Shown piece by piece: positions 61,361 to 64,000 of a DNA stretch of 64,000 nucleotides. The DNA lies in NCBI RefSeq assembly GCF_030144855.1, contig NC_082718.1, forward strand, positions 108,004,001 through 108,068,000, in the 5' to 3' direction. A program made the translations under genes and the position numbers. Every line of letters begins with the position of its first letter. Position 1 is the first letter of the stretch. The DNA is from Hypanus sabinus. Lineage: Eukaryota. The notes under the pieces were generated by a model that was not told the DNA's origin, did no database searches, and saw only the letters and a list, made by a program, of their open reading frames with translations.

Positions 61361-64000
61361 TCCCGCCTCCCCTCCAATACAGGTTACGTGCGCACGACTC
61401 ACGGTCGGGAGGAGAGGCAGCCACCTCCCCAGTAATACAGGTAATGTGCGGACGCCTCACTGTCTCCCTGTTGGAACAAGAGGCACCCGCCTCCCCGCCA
61501 ATACTAGTCACGTGCGCACGCCTCACGGCTGGGACGAGAGGCACACGCCTTCCCGCCAATACTAGTCACGTGCGCACGCCTCACGGCCGGGACGAGGCAC
61601 CCACCTCCCCGCCAACGCAGGTCACGTGCGCACGCCTACACGGCCGGGACGAGGCACCCGCCTCCCCGCCAACGCAGGTCACGTGCGCACGCCTACACGG
61701 CCGGGACGAGGCACCCGCCTCCCCGCCAACGCAGGTCACGTGCGCACGCCTACACGGCCGGGACGAGGCACCCGCCTCCCCGCCAACGCAGGTCACGTGC
61801 GCACGCCTACACGGCCGGGACGAGGCACCCGCCTCCCCGCCAACGCAGGTCACGTGCGCACGCCTCACGGCCGGGACGAGGCACCCGCCTCCCCGCCAAC
61901 GCAGGTCACGTGCGCACGCCTCACGGCCGGGACAAGGCACCCGCCTCCCCGCCAACGCAGGTCACGTGCGCACACCTCACGGTCGGGACGAGAGGCACCC
62001 GCCTTCCCGCCAATACTAGTCATGTGTGCACGCCTCACGGCCGGGACGAGGCACCAGCCTCCCCGCCAATGCAGGTCACGTGCGCAGCCTACATGGCCGG
62101 GACGAGGCACACGCCTCCCCGCCAACGCAGGTCACGTGCGCACGCCTCACGGCCGGGACGAGGCACCCGCCTCCCCGCCAACGCAGGTCACGTGCGCACG
62201 CCTCACGGCCGGGACGAGGCACCCGCCTCCCCGCCAACGCAGGTCACGTGCGCACGCCTCACGGCCGGGACGAGGCACCCGCCTCCCCGCCAACGCAGGT
62301 CACGTGCGCACGCCTCACGGCCGGGACGAGGCACCCGCCTCCCCGCCAACGCAGGTCACGTGCGCACGCCTCACGGCCGGGACGAGGCACCCGCCTCCCC
62401 GCCAACGCAGGTCACGTGCGCACGCCTCACGGCCGGGACGAGGCACCCGCCTCCCCGCCAACGCAGGTCACGTGCGCACGCCTCACGGCCGGGACGAGAG
62501 GCACCCGCCTTCCCGCCAATACTAGTCACGTGCGCACGCCTCACGGCCGGGACAAGGCACCCGCCTTCCCGCCAACGCAGGTCACGTGCGCACGCCTCAC
62601 GATCGGGACGAGAGGCACCCGCCTTCCCGCCAATACTAGTCATGTGAGCACGCCTCATGGCCGGGACGAGGCACCAGCCTCCCCGCCAATGCAGGTCACG
62701 TGCGCACGCCTCACAGCCGGGACGAGTGGCACCCGCCTCCCCGCCAGCGCAGGTCACGTGCGCACGCCTCACGGCCGGGACGAGGCACCCGTCTCCCCGC
62801 CAACGCAGGTCACGTGCGCACGCCTCACGGCCGGGACGTGGCACCCGCCTTCCCGCCAACGCAGGTCACGTGCGCACGCCTCACGACCGGGACGAGAGGC
62901 ACCCGCCTTCCCGCCAACGCAGGTCACGTGCGCACACCTCACGGCCGGGACGAGGCACCCGCCTTCCCGCCAAAACTAGTCACGTGCGCACGCCTCACAG
63001 CCGGGACGAGGCACCGGCCTTCCCGCCAACGCAGGTCACGTGCGCACGTCTCACGGCCGGGACGAGGCACCCGCCTTCCCGCCAAACCATGTCACGTGCG
63101 CACGCCTCACGGCCGGGACGAGTGGCACCCGCCTTCCCGCCAACGCAGCTCACGTGCGCACGCCTCACGGCCGGGACGAGTGGCACCCGCCTTCCCGCCA
63201 ACGCAGGTCACGTGTGCACGCCTCACGACCGGGACGAGGCACCCGCCTTCCCGCCAACGCAGCTCACGTGCGCACGCCTCACGGCCGGGACGAGTGGCAC
63301 CCGCCTTCCCGCCAACGCAGGTCACGTGTGCACGCCTCACGACCGGGACGAGGCACCCGCCTTCCCGCCAACGCAGGTCACGTGCGCACGCCTCACGGCC
63401 GGGACGAGGCACCCGCTTCCCGCCAGCGCAGGTCACGTGCGCACGCCTCACGGCCGGGACGAGGCACCTGCCTTCCCGCCAGCGCAGGTCACGTGCGCAC
63501 GCCTCACGGCCGGGACGAGGCACCCGCCTTCCCGCCAGCGCACGTCACGTGCGCACGCCTCACGGCCGGGACGAGGCACCCGCCTCCCCGCCAACGCAGG
63601 TCACGTGCGCACACCTCACGGCCGGGACGAGAGGCACCCGCCTTCCCGCCAATACTAGTCGTGTGCACGCCTCAAGGCCGGGACGAGGCACCAGCCTCCC
63701 CGCCAATGCAGGTCACGTGCGCACGCCTCACGGCCGGGACGAGTGGCACCCGCCTCCCCGCCAGCGCAGGTCACGTGCGCACGCCTCACGGCTGGGACGA
63801 GGCACCCACCTTCCCGCCAATACTAGTCACGTGCGCACGCCTCACGGCCGGGACGAGGCACCCGCCTCCCCGCCAACGCAGGTCACGTGCGCACGCCTCA
63901 CGGCCGGGACGAGGCACCCGCCTCCCCGCCAACGCAGGTCACGTGCGCACACCTCACGGCCGGGACGAGGCACCCGCCTTCCCGCCAACGCAGGTCACAT
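61361..64000. repeat. CpG-rich tandem array, 56-bp core unit (57/58-bp variants), about 46 copies, running off the window
   Basis: Unit cacgtgcgcacgcctcacggccgggacgaggcacccgcctccccgccaacgcaggt recurs with period 56 (e.g. 62161, 62217); 9 CpG per unit. Confidence 0.98.

Noticed and set aside
61228-63658. Long overlapping ORFs (up to 333 aa) in several frames
   Set aside because: They are translations of the GC-rich 56-bp array, which lacks stops; the frame rotates every unit; no splice or domain evidence
61361-64000. CRISPR-like regular repeat
   Set aside because: No unique spacers, eukaryotic context and no cas genes
15274-64000. NUDT9-like exons as the 3' end of a TRPM2 channel gene
   Set aside because: No channel-domain exons were recognised upstream in the window, and a phase-compatible first exon lies in a CpG-rich promoter-like patch at about 42 kb; not absolutely excluded without RNA data

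Overview
Vertebrate genomic DNA, inferred from the repeat spectrum (CR1, Rex1/L2-like LINEs, V-SINE-like, Penelope-like, hAT) to be a cartilaginous fish, probably a ray. Two intron-containing genes were reconstructed by hand on the minus strand, with consistent GT-AG sites and phases. (1) PRKAB1 (AMPK beta-1): a probable non-coding first exon in a CpG island near 10.6 kb and six coding exons from 10169 down to the window edge; the last exon lies outside the window. (2) An 8-exon NUDT9-like ADP-ribose pyrophosphatase (41998..15274, 323 aa) with an intact REFGEE Nudix box; it looks like a divergent second NUDT9 paralogue in a non-canonical neighbourhood. Much of the rest is transposon-derived: a near-intact CR1 ORF2, many nested LINE fragments, several hAT elements with visible TIRs/TSDs, and more than ten Penelope-associated repeats carrying a minimal hammerhead-ribozyme motif (one intact copy flanked by a perfect 15-bp TSD). 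The window also has two adjacent minisatellites at about 51.5-52.1 kb and ends in a CpG-rich 56-bp tandem array (about 61.36 kb to the end). Most ORFs in the supplied track are repeat-derived or spurious. Repeat boundaries are approximate unless TIRs or TSDs are quoted; comparisons to human and other proteins are from memory, not from a search.
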